Assembly (NCBI GenBank): GCA_001792535.1
Contig: MGGS01000016.1
Location: 160 to 64,159 of the forward strand
Length of the DNA stretch: 64,000 bases
From: Candidatus Woesebacteria bacterium RIFCSPHIGHO2_02_FULL_42_20
GTDB taxonomy: Bacteria; Patescibacteriota; Microgenomatia; UBA8517
Direction: 5' to 3'
A program made the translations under genes and the position numbers. Below the pieces are notes generated by a model, which had not been told where the DNA came from, ran no database searches, and saw only the letters and a program-made list of their open reading frames with translations. This document shows, piece after piece, positions 39,565-50,262 of the stretch (the stretch's first letter is position 1; each line of letters opens with the position of its first letter).

Positions 39565-40835
39565 GTCCCTTCCTGCCAGCTGGTGAGATATTTTTTCTGC
39601 CTTGGGGTAAGTTTGTCTATTTTAATTCCTTTAGATCTAAGTTTCAGCGAAGCAATTTTATTATCAAATTCACTACCCAAAGTGTAAACTTTTGCTTCCA
39701 ATTTGCCTTTATTCTTAACAAGCCACTCAGCAGCTAGAGCTTGATTGGCAAAACTCATATCCATTACTTCTGCGGGATGACCTTCTGCTCCCACCAGGTT
39801 TACGAGCCGCCCTTGAGCCAAAACCATAATTCTATTGCTGTTGGCAAATGTATATTCCTCTAAATTTTTTCTGATCACCCGTTTTGACTTTGCTTTTTTC
39901 TCAAGTTTTCCAACTTCTATCTCAACGTTAAAATGCCCGGAATTGGCAAGTAGTGCTCCGTCCTTCATCTTCCTCATATGAGCCAAGGTAATAACTTCTA
40001 TGTTTCCTGTTGCTGTTACAAAAAGATCCCCGACGGGGGCTGCATCTTCCATCCTGGCTACTTCAAAGCCGTCCATTACTGCCTCAAGGGCTTTCACAGA
40101 ATCTACTTCACAAACAATTACTTTTGAACCCATGCCGCGAGCCCTCATGGCTATTCCCCTACCACACCAGCCGTAGCCGACAACAACAAATTTCTTACCA
40201 GCTAAAAGCACATTTGAAGATCGAATAATTCCATCAATCGCAGATTGACCCGTGCCATAGCGGTTGTCAAACACATGCTTGGTAAGAGAGTAATTAACTG
40301 CCACTGCAGGTACCCTAAGTTTGCCGGCTTCCTCCATTGCCCGAAGCCTGATAACGCCAGTTGTTGTCTCCTCATTGCTTCCGATTATATCTTTAAGTTG
40401 GGACTTTCTTTTTGTATGGAGATAAAAAACCAAGTCTCCGCCGTCATCCATTGTGATATTGGGGTGGTTATCAAGCACTTTCTCTATGTGTTTATAATAA
40501 GTTTTTGTATCCTCGCCTTTTTGTGCAAAGACAGATACTTGATAATCGGATACCAGGGATGCGGCTACCTCATCTTGGGTCGATAAGGGATTACAGGCGC
40601 AAAGAGCAACTTCCGCACCTCCTGCAGCAAGGGTGATCATTAAATTCGCGGTTTCGCTGGTAACGTGAAGACAGGCTCCGATTTTGATGTTTCTGAAAGG
40701 TTTATCCTTCCTGAACCTTTCTTTAATCAATTGAAGTACAGGCATAGAACGGGCTGCCCACTCGATGCGAAGTTTTCCTTCCTTAGCCAAAGCCAGATCG
40801 ACAATCTCATATTGGTCTAGATTAAGCCTTCTCAT
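39561..40835 (-). CDS. ahcY: adenosylhomocysteinase
   Basis: [38 protein letters not shown]; NAD-binding [10 protein letters not shown]. Confidence 0.9.
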   Translation of the reverse strand: MRRLNLDQYEIVDLALAKEGKLRIEWAARSMPVLQLIKERFRKDKPFRNIKIGACLHVTSETANLMITLAAGGAEVALCACNPLSTQDEVAASLVSDYQVSVFAQKGEDTKTYYKHIEKVLDNHPNITMDDGGDLVFYLHTKRKSQLKDIIGSNEETTTGVIRLRAMEEAGKLRVPAVAVNYSLTKHVFDNRYGTGQSAIDGIIRSSNVLLAGKKFVVVGYGWCGRGIAMRARGMGSKVIVCEVDSVKALEAVMDGFEVARMEDAAPVGDLFVTATGNIEVITLAHMRKMKDGALLANSGHFNVEIEVGKLEKKAKSKRVIRKNLEEYTFANSNRIMVLAQGRLVNLVGAEGHPAEVMDMSFANQALAAEWLVKNKGKLEAKVYTLGSEFDNKIASLKLRSKGIKIDKLTPRQKKYLTSWQEGT

Positions 40836-41802
40836 AAAGATTTAAATCCTCTCCAAAATTGCGTTTATATCTTACACGAAATTCCGTCCTTGTAAACTTG
40901 TGGGTCGTGGTACCGTATTTTTCAACTGTATAAACCGCAGCAACTGCACCCATCTTTCCGCAAACGTCCAAAGCTAAACCTCGCAAGTAGCCAGTTAAAA
41001 ATCCCGCCCGATATGCATCCCCTGCACCTGTGGGGTCGGAGGTATTTCTAGACCTAGCAGCTGGAATTCTGAAAACAGCACGGCCTTGCCGAATCAATGA
41101 CCCTTTGGCACCAAGCGTTGTTATTACTACCCTACCCTTGCCAAGCAAATCCTTCATGCTTAATTCCAGCCTTCTTTTTAAAAGAGAGATTTCGTAATCA
41201 TTGCCTATTAATATGCTGCAGTTTGTAACACCTTTTTTAAGCTCTGTTTCCGGAAGCGTGGGTATATAAAAGGCCGGATCATACATGTAATCGAATTTGT
41301 ATTTAATGCATTGGCTTACAAAATTTGACAAACCTTCTGTCCCGCTTGGGCTAACTACAACAAATGGTTTTTGTAACTTGAATTTTCCCAAAGACAGAAG
41401 CTTGTTATAGTCCATCGCCCCGCCAGAAAAGCCCCACATCTGGTTATCGTCCTGATCGGTTAAACAAAAACCGGTAGAGCAAAGGTTTGATTTAAACACC
41501 CTAACTTCCTTGCAATCTACTCCGTTTGCCTCCAAAAATTTTTTGTAGTCAGCAAAATCACTTCCTGCAGCTGCAACAAGATGAGGCTTCTGCCCTAACA
41601 GCCCCAAAGTATATGAAATATTCCCTGCCGTTCCTCCACGCTCGCGGCGCATTTTCCGGGCATAAAAGCTGACGTTGAGCATGTGAATTTTGTCGGGCAT
41701 TATGTAATCACGAAATCTTGAAGGCAAATTCATAATGTGATCAAAGGACAGGCTTCCGGTTACGACGACTTTTCGCATTAGGGTACGGGGAACTTTTTGC
41801 AA
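40822..41802 (-). CDS. PfkB-family carbohydrate/nucleoside kinase (adenosine kinase-like)
   Basis: [13 protein letters not shown] (PfkB motif 2); methyl-cycle context next to ahcY. Confidence 0.7.
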   Translation of the reverse strand: MQKVPRTLMRKVVVTGSLSFDHIMNLPSRFRDYIMPDKIHMLNVSFYARKMRRERGGTAGNISYTLGLLGQKPHLVAAAGSDFADYKKFLEANGVDCKEVRVFKSNLCSTGFCLTDQDDNQMWGFSGGAMDYNKLLSLGKFKLQKPFVVVSPSGTEGLSNFVSQCIKYKFDYMYDPAFYIPTLPETELKKGVTNCSILIGNDYEISLLKRRLELSMKDLLGKGRVVITTLGAKGSLIRQGRAVFRIPAARSRNTSDPTGAGDAYRAGFLTGYLRGLALDVCGKMGAVAAVYTVEKYGTTTHKFTRTEFRVRYKRNFGEDLNLYEKA

Positions 41803-43085
41803 AGTGTTTTTACTTCTCCGGCGATAGTTTTCAAAAAATTGTCGCCAAAAATCTCTTTTTTAAATTTTTTTAATTGTATATCTCTCTCTTCTTTGACGCC
41901 TGGTATAGCCCTTTCTCCAATGTGGTTAATTACGCTATTAATCCAGTCGGACACCAAGTCCATCTCTTTTACCCCCATCCCCCTCGCAGTTATAGCGGGA
42001 GTTCCCAATCGAAGACCAGATGGGTAATAAGGAGAGCCTGTGTCATACGGAACGGTATTTCTATTTACAATAAGGCCAGCTACCTCAAGCGCCCAGGCTG
42101 CAAACCAACCGTTTATGTTTTTATTCCGCAAATCAACTAAAACCAGATGTTTGTCCGTCCCGCCACTGACGACATCAAATCCAAGCTTCTGAAGATCTTT
42201 CGCCAACCGCTGAGCATTCTTAATAGTTTGCAATGCATTAGCTCTGAATTCTTTTGTTTTAGTTTTCTCCAAAGCTACGGCAATCCCGGCAATTGTATGT
42301 AAGTGCGGCCCACCCTGAAGGCCGGGGAAAATGGCCGCGTCAAGGGCTTCACCAAATTCTTTCCGGACAAATGCCAGAGCTCCCCTGGGCCCCCGAAGAG
42401 TTTTATGGGTCGTCATTGTAACGGCATCGGCGTACGGAAAAGGGCTCATATTAACACCCGCTGCAACTAGCCCCGCCTCATGAGCGATGTCGGCAAGGTA
42501 TTTGGCTCCGACCATCCTGGTAATTTCTCCCACTCTTTTATGATTAATTTCCCTTGGGTAAGCCGTGCCGCCGGAGATAAGTAAATTAGGTTTAAATTTT
42601 TTTGCTTGGCTTTCGATTTGGTCGTAATCAAATATTTTCGTCTCCGGGTTGACGTGATAAAAATCAATATCGAAAATTTTGGAAGTAAAAGTAATTTTAT
42701 TTCCTTTGTACTCCCAACCGTGGGAAAGATGTCCTCCGTCCGGCAAATACATTGCCATTATGCGGTCCCCTGGTTTAAGAAAAGTGGCGTATATCGCGAG
42801 GTTTGCGGGGGTCCCTGAATAAGGCTGGACGTTTACGACCCAGTCACTTTCATCTAAACCAAACGCTTGCAGAGCTCTTTGTTCACACAGCAACTCAACA
42901 TTATCGATAATTTCATTACCTTGGTAATAGCGTTTTTTGGGCTGGCCTTCGGCGTATTTGTGCATCAAGACCGAGCCAACGGCCTTACGAACTTCGGGGT
43001 AAGTATAGTTTTCAGACGGAATCATCATAAGTGTATTTTGCTGCCTTTCCTCTTCCTTTTTTATAAGTTTAAATATTCTGTCCAT
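41778..43085 (-). CDS. glyA: serine hydroxymethyltransferase
   Basis: PLP lysine context TTHKTLRGPRGA; 435 aa. Confidence 0.9.
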   Translation of the reverse strand: MDRIFKLIKKEEERQQNTLMMIPSENYTYPEVRKAVGSVLMHKYAEGQPKKRYYQGNEIIDNVELLCEQRALQAFGLDESDWVVNVQPYSGTPANLAIYATFLKPGDRIMAMYLPDGGHLSHGWEYKGNKITFTSKIFDIDFYHVNPETKIFDYDQIESQAKKFKPNLLISGGTAYPREINHKRVGEITRMVGAKYLADIAHEAGLVAAGVNMSPFPYADAVTMTTHKTLRGPRGALAFVRKEFGEALDAAIFPGLQGGPHLHTIAGIAVALEKTKTKEFRANALQTIKNAQRLAKDLQKLGFDVVSGGTDKHLVLVDLRNKNINGWFAAWALEVAGLIVNRNTVPYDTGSPYYPSGLRLGTPAITARGMGVKEMDLVSDWINSVINHIGERAIPGVKEERDIQLKKFKKEIFGDNFLKTIAGEVKTLCKKFPVP

Positions 43086-43139
43086 AAAGCAATTATAACT
43101 AAAAAAATGATTAAGCCTAATAATCAGATCAAAAAACTG

Positions 43140-43562
43140 GATTTTCTCAATATCAAAACTGAGTCCTCAAAAATTTGATCCACAGAGCCAGACGCGTCAA
43201 TAGTCAACCATTTATTTGGCATTCCGGGTAGAAACCTCGGGGTTCTTGCCAGTTGACGATAATTCGCACGCACCCTCTGATGAAATTATATCTTCATTAA
43301 GTCAAACCTATCGACATTATCATTTCCTGCCTTCCTTTGGAAAGCAACTTCGGGAATAAGGTCGTAATACAAAACAGCATTGGGTCGCAATCCCCCCGTC
43401 GCGAGCCAACTCACTGCCCAGATAACTGGCTTGGATACCGCATAGGGATCTACTTCATATCCAAAAACTTTGCCAATCGGTCTGATTGGGTTGTTTTACC
43501 CACACCCGAATTTCCTTCAAGTACCAAAAATCTTCCTCCTTCGACTGTCATAGAACCCGTTT
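43140..43562 (-). pseudogene. tmk: thymidylate kinase remnant (frameshifted, internally deleted)
   Basis: Minus-strand MTVEGGRFLVLEGNSGVGKTTQSDRLAKFLDMK then stop; shifted frames give ...LYYDLIPEVAFQRKAGNDNVDRFDLMKI and FHQRVRANYRQLARTPRFLPG...TIDASGSVDQI (Tmk lid/C-terminal-like). Confidence 0.5.
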
Positions 43563-43622
43563 CAATATTTCCATTTTTCATCCTCTTCATTCTTTGTTCT
43601 ACCGTTCTAGAACTCTGGAACA

Positions 43623-45395
43623 TTACTTAACAATACTTTTGAGTTTGGCTTCGATTTTTTTCTCGCTTTCCCGGCGGGCAAGTGAATAGTCATTATAATC
43701 AATCATCATTCCCTGAAAAACTGATGGATCTTTTTCTTTTGCTAATGTCGCAATTTGCTGGCAAATTTTTCGGTAGTGCGGACGCCCTTGAGGAGAGGTA
43801 CGAAGTTCACCTATCCAGTAAATCTCACGTGCTGTTAAGTGCATATACCAATGTGTGATGTAGGCAAAAGCTACAGAGTATTGAGCAACATACGGCGAAG
43901 CCCGCAGTAATTTCGGGTAAAGTTCTTGAATAACCTTCAGAGCCATTTCAACTTTTTCTTTGAATGGCGATTTTTTTAATTCATCCTCGATATCATAGCC
44001 CCAGAACGAGTTGAATCTTTGTCTATCTTGAGTTTGTTGGCGGTGCCTTTGCAAGTCTTTATAGTCTCCACTTCTTGCCCAAACTTCAAAAAGGTAGTGC
44101 GCATTTTCAAACGCGCGCGGAACTTTTCTAAATCTGACTTCAGACCTTTCGGAATTCATTTTATTGAACTTTCTCTCAAGAAGAATTTTGCCTAAAAATT
44201 CGACACGTTTTCTTTCTGTGAGTTTTTTAACTTTTTCCTTAATGTCTTTGAGGGATCTTGCGATTCCGGCGGAGAAAAGATACGAAGAAAGAATCTCGAC
44301 ATCAGCATTCGGCGTGGCTGAAACTAAACTAACCCATTTTTTAAATTGGCTCAGAGTTTTAACTTTTGCGAAAGCTTCATCGTATAATTCATCTTTTAAA
44401 GCTATAATGTTCTTTCTATATAGTTGAACCTGTCCGCCTCTTTCAGTTTTTGGCCGTCTCACGAAAGATGGAACAACTTTTTCTAGTTCAGTAAGTATCA
44501 TTTGACCCCACCACCGGAGTTCACCTAGAGGGTGTCCCAGAAGCCGATTTATCAGGTCTTCAAATGCACGGCCATTACCAAATAGAGCAACATTTGTTTG
44601 AGTCGAGTAAGGTAACAAATCTCTTAAATCATCAAACCGTTTTGCGGATCTTGAAGCGATAAATGATCTTTCCGTTTCATCTTCACCCATAGGATAAAGA
44701 GACTTAATATATTCTAAATAGGGTTCCAGCAGTTCAACATAAGTTCCAAACAGAGTATCCATTGAACCTTTATATTCTGATTCAAGCTTTGTGCCCTTTA
44801 TCTCTCCGGGGAGAACATATTGATATTCTCCATCTGCGCGCTTTTGCGCAAATGATACGTACCTAGTTGACTTTTCCAAAGGCGATAAACCAATTCTTTT
44901 GTCCTCAATCTCTTTAACCGCAACATTTGAAAGTCCTTCTACACAAAGATGCACTCCACCCATTTCGGCAATCGAGTCGTCTCCATATTCTGCCAGCCAT
45001 CTGTCAAAAAAAGCTCTGCTTCGTTGGACATTTACCACTTCATCAATTCCCCTGCTTCTGTTTAGAAAATTAATATATTCCAAGAATCTGTCTCGAAGTT
45101 TCAAGTCCCGTCTAGTTGGGTTTTCGGTACTTACAATCGGACCAACATATTCGTCCAAAAACATTCGCCGCAGTGACCGTGTTGAGCGGCTGTAACGGGA
45201 AGAAAGAGCACCCATAACCTCTTCCGGTAAATTTTTTACAACAAAAACAGGTTTATCGATGTTTGTAAAAAAGGGACTTAACCACTTCAATTCTTTTCTG
45301 GTAAACTTCTCTGGAGTATATGGAACTGCAAATTTCGAAAGATCTTCCTCTGCAGGTAAATGATTTACATTATAGTTTCTTTTTAATTTAAACAT
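43623..45395 (-). CDS. thyX: flavin-dependent thymidylate synthase ThyX-like, long form (590 aa)
   Basis: C-terminal ~200 aa align by eye to ThyX (QRHRQ..., LTAREIYWIGELR...ICQQIATLAKEKDP vs T. maritima [37 protein letters not shown]); N-terminal VMGALSSRYSRS resembles ThyX start (VMGNDLSAVRAARVS). Confidence 0.5.
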   Translation of the reverse strand: MFKLKRNYNVNHLPAEEDLSKFAVPYTPEKFTRKELKWLSPFFTNIDKPVFVVKNLPEEVMGALSSRYSRSTRSLRRMFLDEYVGPIVSTENPTRRDLKLRDRFLEYINFLNRSRGIDEVVNVQRSRAFFDRWLAEYGDDSIAEMGGVHLCVEGLSNVAVKEIEDKRIGLSPLEKSTRYVSFAQKRADGEYQYVLPGEIKGTKLESEYKGSMDTLFGTYVELLEPYLEYIKSLYPMGEDETERSFIASRSAKRFDDLRDLLPYSTQTNVALFGNGRAFEDLINRLLGHPLGELRWWGQMILTELEKVVPSFVRRPKTERGGQVQLYRKNIIALKDELYDEAFAKVKTLSQFKKWVSLVSATPNADVEILSSYLFSAGIARSLKDIKEKVKKLTERKRVEFLGKILLERKFNKMNSERSEVRFRKVPRAFENAHYLFEVWARSGDYKDLQRHRQQTQDRQRFNSFWGYDIEDELKKSPFKEKVEMALKVIQELYPKLLRASPYVAQYSVAFAYITHWYMHLTAREIYWIGELRTSPQGRPHYRKICQQIATLAKEKDPSVFQGMMIDYNDYSLARRESEKKIEAKLKSIVK

Positions 45396-45958
45396 TATTT
45401 TTTAAATTCTTTCCAAACTTTGCTTGCCGTCGGACCTTTTTGTCCCTGATATTTGCTACCCAATTTTTTGCTTCCATACAAATTTATTGGCGACGACGTC
45501 ATTAAAATAAAGGCAACCTGACAGACTCTCATACCAGCATAAAGCTTTATTGGGATGCGAGAGATATTAGAAATTTCGAGAGTAATATTTCCCCGAAAAC
45601 CCGGGTCAATATAGCCAGCGGTTGCATGTATCATCAAGCCCAATCTACCCAAAGAACTTTTACCTTCAACCTTAGCTGCAATATCGCTTGGTATCTTTAC
45701 TTTTTCTATAGTTGACCCCAAAATAAATTCGCTCGGGTGAATAATGAACGATCCACTTCTGCCAATATCAACAATTTCTGCGACATTCAATCTTTTAGCA
45801 AGGTCAATTATTCCGACACGCCAATTGCTAAAAACACTTATTTGTCTGTCGAGATGAAAATCTACAGTTGAAGGTTGTATACAATTAATATCTAAAGGTT
45901 CTATTACAAGATCATCTTTCTCTAGCCTCTTAAGAATGTCCCTATCTGAAAGAATCAT
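45395..45958 (-). CDS. dcd: dCTP deaminase
   Basis: MILSDRDILKRL...IEP start parallels E. coli Dcd (MRLCDRDIEAWL); beta-clip fold residues; start set at internal Met (ORF track to 46027). Confidence 0.85.
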   Translation of the reverse strand: MILSDRDILKRLEKDDLVIEPLDINCIQPSTVDFHLDRQISVFSNWRVGIIDLAKRLNVAEIVDIGRSGSFIIHPSEFILGSTIEKVKIPSDIAAKVEGKSSLGRLGLMIHATAGYIDPGFRGNITLEISNISRIPIKLYAGMRVCQVAFILMTSSPINLYGSKKLGSKYQGQKGPTASKVWKEFKK

Positions 45959-46002
45959 GAAACTCTTAAGAGTTTTACAGTAAATTTTATAAAATGCAAC
46001 AG

Positions 46003-46905
46003 TTAGAAAGAAGTATAATCCTTCCAAAATTTCTCAATCATGATCTCTGTCCATGTTTCAACTTTAGGCCCCACACCTTTAGCCCAATTCTCTTGCCTTT
46101 CTTCAAGCTCTTGCTTTACCTTTCCAAAAGGAACCCACCATGCTTTTGCTATTTCACTGGCCCGAAAAACCAAACGATTTATTACCAATGGATTAACATC
46201 TAAAATAGCAGCAATACCTGTGTGCACCCACCCCACTTGAACGGGTAAGAGGGGGTCTTCTATTCTTTTATCATAAAATGCGCCGAGGAGAGTTAAATCT
46301 TTGATACCCTCCCTAGAAATCCCGATTTCTTCTTCTACTTCGCTGAAAAAACCTTTGTTTAAACCCACCACTGTTCCAATCTCTTCTTCTACGGCCGGAA
46401 GAAGATCTTTAAGAAAAATAAGTTCCTCTCTGCTTATTGTGATATCTTCCCGAGTCTTATGTCCTCCAAAACCGACCGAAAATCTCCCTTGCAATCTTGG
46501 GTCACCCACAAATTCCCCTTTTTGTTTGTTGGGGCTAGTTCTTTGATACCACAATAAATGATTCTGACAGGTGACCATTGAATACACTATAATTTGTTGC
46601 CTGGTTGGGTCATTTTCCAGACCTCCGTCACCGTATCTTCTTGCTACATTCCCCTGTTTAAATATAACTTTTAAAACCTCACCAATTTTATTAGTCACCA
46701 ATACTTGATCGGAAAAAGAAGATGCGACAAAACCGGTTCTATCATCAAAAAGAGACTCAGTTTTTACGTATAAAGCAGTCTTTTCGATCATTGGTTCTTT
46801 TTCTTTTTTGTTTGCTATGACATTAGGGATAGGAAGAGTGAATACCCTCCGACCAGTCCTTGCTTCTGCAGCTCTTTCTGAGGTTAACTTTTTTTTCCTA
46901 ACCAT
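46003..46905 (-). CDS. hypothetical protein (300 aa)
   Basis: Weak Nudix-like stretches (GHKTRE...RE, VEEEIG) but not a canonical Nudix box. Confidence 0.35.
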   Translation of the reverse strand: MVRKKKLTSERAAEARTGRRVFTLPIPNVIANKKEKEPMIEKTALYVKTESLFDDRTGFVASSFSDQVLVTNKIGEVLKVIFKQGNVARRYGDGGLENDPTRQQIIVYSMVTCQNHLLWYQRTSPNKQKGEFVGDPRLQGRFSVGFGGHKTREDITISREELIFLKDLLPAVEEEIGTVVGLNKGFFSEVEEEIGISREGIKDLTLLGAFYDKRIEDPLLPVQVGWVHTGIAAILDVNPLVINRLVFRASEIAKAWWVPFGKVKQELEERQENWAKGVGPKVETWTEIMIEKFWKDYTSF

Positions 46906-46978
46906 TAAAAACCCCCTTATAAAGGAGGGCAGATTCGAACTATTCTATGATAAAATTACTTATTTTTCAATAAGTAAT

Positions 46979-47716
46979 TTACCAACTCGCGACAAATCTG
47001 TGTTTCGACTCATACGGAGCGGTGTACCTCCATTGACTACCAAAAGCATCATTAACCAGTTCTAATCCTTCCACTCGACCTAGATGGTCTTCAAGCCAGG
47101 TTTCGATATAGCCCACATTTCCATGTGAACCGTGTGGACCATCACTGCGAATTAAATGCCGGATAAACTGGGGTCGATTAAACTCCTGTTTGTAAATAAC
47201 GTCGTTCCCGTCAACTAACCGCATCAACTCTCGAGGAGTAAACGGCTTAGCGTAAATTACATCACTGTCCCCAGCTACTTTCCAACCTTTTTTGTCAATC
47301 CGTGGCGCATTTAGAAATTCCGCTAAGTAGATTACTCCTATTCTTGTCCTTCCTGCTTCAGGAAATTCAGCTATTTGCGGCGGACCTAACAAATTTACAT
47401 TTCTCCAACCACCCGGTAAACCGGTTTCCTCTGCCAATTCTCTCCTTACAGCTTCTTCAAGTTTTTCGTTGGGACCCAGATGACCGGAAGGTAACGACCA
47501 ACCTTCGCCAACGCCTCGTTTGACTAAAAGCAGCCTGTTACTTCCTCTGGGACTTAGTAGTATTGCTACAGAAACATCAAGATTTAGTTTTTCAGAGTTC
47601 GTTAATCTATCTGGACTCATTGTTCCGATAGTACCACGAGTAAAAATATTTAGAAAGTTATTTTTGAGGTTTAGTCCAGCTGGCCCATTTACAATCGGGG
47701 TAACGGGAACAGCCAA
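46979..47716 (-). CDS. Nudix hydrolase
   Basis: Nudix box GHLGPNEKLEEAVRRELAEETGL; probable start at internal Met (~47620), avoiding topA overlap. Confidence 0.7.
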   Translation of the reverse strand: MAVPVTPIVNGPAGLNLKNNFLNIFTRGTIGTMSPDRLTNSEKLNLDVSVAILLSPRGSNRLLLVKRGVGEGWSLPSGHLGPNEKLEEAVRRELAEETGLPGGWRNVNLLGPPQIAEFPEAGRTRIGVIYLAEFLNAPRIDKKGWKVAGDSDVIYAKPFTPRELMRLVDGNDVIYKQEFNRPQFIRHLIRSDGPHGSHGNVGYIETWLEDHLGRVEGLELVNDAFGSQWRYTAPYESKHRFVASW

Positions 47717-49574
47717 AAAACTTGCGGCCGCGTTTTGTCCTTTTAATTATCACATCCCCGTCTTTACACTCGGGGCATTTCATCCCAGCTTTGTCAATTA
47801 ATTTTTCAGTATGGCGGCACTCCGGAAAACGCGAGCAGGAAATAAATTTGCCAAATCTGCCAGTTCTAATTACTAACTCGCCCTCTTTGCACTCGGGGCA
47901 TTTACGGCCCAATTTTTCCGTTTCTATCTTGACCCTTTTTGACTTTTCTTCAACATACCCAAGTTTTTTTACAAATGGCCCCCAAAAGTCTTTAATCATC
48001 CCATGCCACTCTGTATCTCCTTTGGCGATCGAGTCCAAGCCATCTTCCATTTTGGCAGTGAAACTATACTCAAGTTCCTCCGGAAAGTTTTTAACTAAAA
48101 AGTCGTTGACCGCTACTCCTACGGTCGTCGGCTTGAAAGCACCTTCGTCTTTTTCGACATAACTTCTAACCTGAATGGTCGAAATCGTCGGCGCATATGT
48201 ACTGGGCCTGCCTATGCCCAATTTTTCCAAGGTCTTTATTAATGACGCTTCGTTGTACCTGGGGGGTGGAGTTGTGAATTTTTGGTTAGGCATTACTTTA
48301 ACTAAGTCAAGCGGTTCGCCGTCAATTACATCAGGAAGTGCCGCTTCAGTCTCATTGGGGTTCTGCCCACCAAAAACCCGACGCCAGCCATCAAATTGCA
48401 TGATAGTACCTGTGGCCCGAAGCAAATAACTATCCGCAGACACATCTACGGTTGTTTGGTTATACACTGCCTGACTCATTTGGCAGGCAATAAACCGTTT
48501 CCAAATGAGCGAATAAAGCCTTGTCGAGTCTTTTTCAAATCTTGCCGTGTGTGCTTCAGTGACGTTTACATTTGTAGGCCGTATCGCTTCATGGGCTTCC
48601 TGGACTAACTTTGACTGGCGCTTAAAACCTCTGGCTTCGCTCGGTAAATAGTTGGCGCCATATTTTTGCTGAATATATTTTCGTGCGACAGCAACCGCGG
48701 ATGCAGCCATATTTACCGAGTCCGTCCTGTGATATGTAATTTTACCCTCTTCATACAAACTCTGGGCAACACTCATTGTCTTTTTGGAAGACCAGCCCAA
48801 AAGCCTTGCCGCCGCTTGCGTCAAAGTCGAAGTGGTAAACGGCGGATAAGGATTTTTTTTGACTTCCTTCTTAGTCACATTCTTTGCCGAATAGTTTGCT
48901 TTAGTTAAATCTCCGACAACTCCGTCCGCAGATTTTTTAGTATTAATTTCTTTTTTAATTAGTCGCACAATAAATTTTTGTTTATCTTTTTTTGCAACTT
49001 CGACGTCTATTTCCCAATATTCCTTGGGTTTAAAAGCTTCAATCTCACGCTCTCGTTCGACAACTAAGCGCACTGCAACTGATTGGACTCGGCCTGCAGA
49101 CAATCCCCGCCTGACTTTTTTCCAAAGTAAAGGCGAAAGCTTATAACCGACCAGCCTATCAAGGACCCGTCTTGCGGTTTGCGCAGAAACCAAATTTATG
49201 TCGATGCCTCGTGGGTTTTTCAACGCCTCCTCAATTGCCTCTTTGGTAATTTCGTGGAAAACGATTCTTTGTGTTTTGCCATCACCGATTACTTCCTTCA
49301 CATGCGCCGAAATCGCCTCACCTTCCCTGTCCGGATCCGTCGCCAAATAAACAGTCTTTGCTTTTTTGGCCATTTTTTGGAGTAGCCTTATCACTTTTTC
49401 CTTATCAGGAACATCGACGTATTGCGGATCGAAATTGTTTTCTACATCAATACTCAACTTGCTCTTTGGAAGATCTTTGATATGGCCCATTGTAGCTTCC
49501 ACAGCAAAATCCTTCCCCAAAAAGCGGGCAAGTGTACGGGCCTTTGTCGGGCTTTCAACTATTATTAAGTTCAT
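47658..49574 (-). CDS. topA: DNA topoisomerase I
   Basis: Toprim N-terminus LIIVESPTKARTL, active-site Tyr region, C-terminal zinc ribbons (CPECKEGELVIRTGRFGKFISCSRFPEC x2). Confidence 0.9.
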   Translation of the reverse strand: MNLIIVESPTKARTLARFLGKDFAVEATMGHIKDLPKSKLSIDVENNFDPQYVDVPDKEKVIRLLQKMAKKAKTVYLATDPDREGEAISAHVKEVIGDGKTQRIVFHEITKEAIEEALKNPRGIDINLVSAQTARRVLDRLVGYKLSPLLWKKVRRGLSAGRVQSVAVRLVVEREREIEAFKPKEYWEIDVEVAKKDKQKFIVRLIKKEINTKKSADGVVGDLTKANYSAKNVTKKEVKKNPYPPFTTSTLTQAAARLLGWSSKKTMSVAQSLYEEGKITYHRTDSVNMAASAVAVARKYIQQKYGANYLPSEARGFKRQSKLVQEAHEAIRPTNVNVTEAHTARFEKDSTRLYSLIWKRFIACQMSQAVYNQTTVDVSADSYLLRATGTIMQFDGWRRVFGGQNPNETEAALPDVIDGEPLDLVKVMPNQKFTTPPPRYNEASLIKTLEKLGIGRPSTYAPTISTIQVRSYVEKDEGAFKPTTVGVAVNDFLVKNFPEELEYSFTAKMEDGLDSIAKGDTEWHGMIKDFWGPFVKKLGYVEEKSKRVKIETEKLGRKCPECKEGELVIRTGRFGKFISCSRFPECRHTEKLIDKAGMKCPECKDGDVIIKRTKRGRKFFGCSRYPDCKWASWTKPQK

Positions 49575-49644
49575 GAGTTTAAAGTTAGTCGGTTAACCGT
49601 TCACAAGTCAAGTAGTATAACACCGAATGTAGTAAAATAATGCC

Positions 49645-49896
49645 ATGAGCGAACAACCCATAAATGCTTTGCAAGTTTTGGCGACGGAATGGCAAGGCAG
49701 TAAACAAATAAACATAGCCAGCCGCTGCTTTAATGAAGATTCAAAACTCACATTCGATAGGGAAACCGGAAAAATCGAAGTGGAGACAACATTACGGGAG
49801 GGGTTTGTGGAAGGCGGACAAAGAGTGCGCATGGTACTGTCTACACCAACCGTCGTTCCAATAGTCCCCGATTCTGAAACAATAGGATACTTATAA
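49645..49896 (+). CDS. hypothetical small protein (83 aa), low confidence
   Basis: Composition more protein-like than overlapping antisense ORF 49608..50000. Confidence 0.25.
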   Translation: MSEQPINALQVLATEWQGSKQINIASRCFNEDSKLTFDRETGKIEVETTLREGFVEGGQRVRMVLSTPTVVPIVPDSETIGYL

Positions 49897-49925
49897 ACCC
49901 AAATCCCAATCGGAACAGTGATAAC

Positions 49926-50255
49926 TTGAGACGTTATCACTGGGTTATCCATTCTGCAACCATAGATCTTCAAGCGAGACTTATTCAAAAATTTGCCCAC
50001 ATGATTCCTTTAATATTTAACACATGGGGATCAATTTGTGAAAATGAGGTAACTGCAAATAAATCTGCAATAAAGTTGATTGCTGAAGAAAGAGAAAACG
50101 GCAACGATATGTTTCCAAAAGATACCGATTTCCACAGAGTAAGAAAGTTTCTGGCTACGAACACATTAACTTATCTGGGTGTGCTAAGAGGTGCATTCGC
50201 AAAGAGACTTAGTAAGGATAAACTTCGCGAACTTGCTTTTCCTGAAATAGTGTGA
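49926..50255 (+). CDS. hypothetical small protein (109 aa), low confidence
   Basis: ORF with charged, protein-like composition. Confidence 0.25.
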   Translation: MRRYHWVIHSATIDLQARLIQKFAHMIPLIFNTWGSICENEVTANKSAIKLIAEERENGNDMFPKDTDFHRVRKFLATNTLTYLGVLRGAFAKRLSKDKLRELAFPEIV

Positions 50256-50262
50256 ATATTTT

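Noticed and set aside
43337-43689. Two + strand ORFs (97 and 67 aa) in the glyA-thyX gap
   Set aside because: The region reads better as a thymidylate kinase remnant on the minus strand. The plus-strand ORFs lack protein-like composition.
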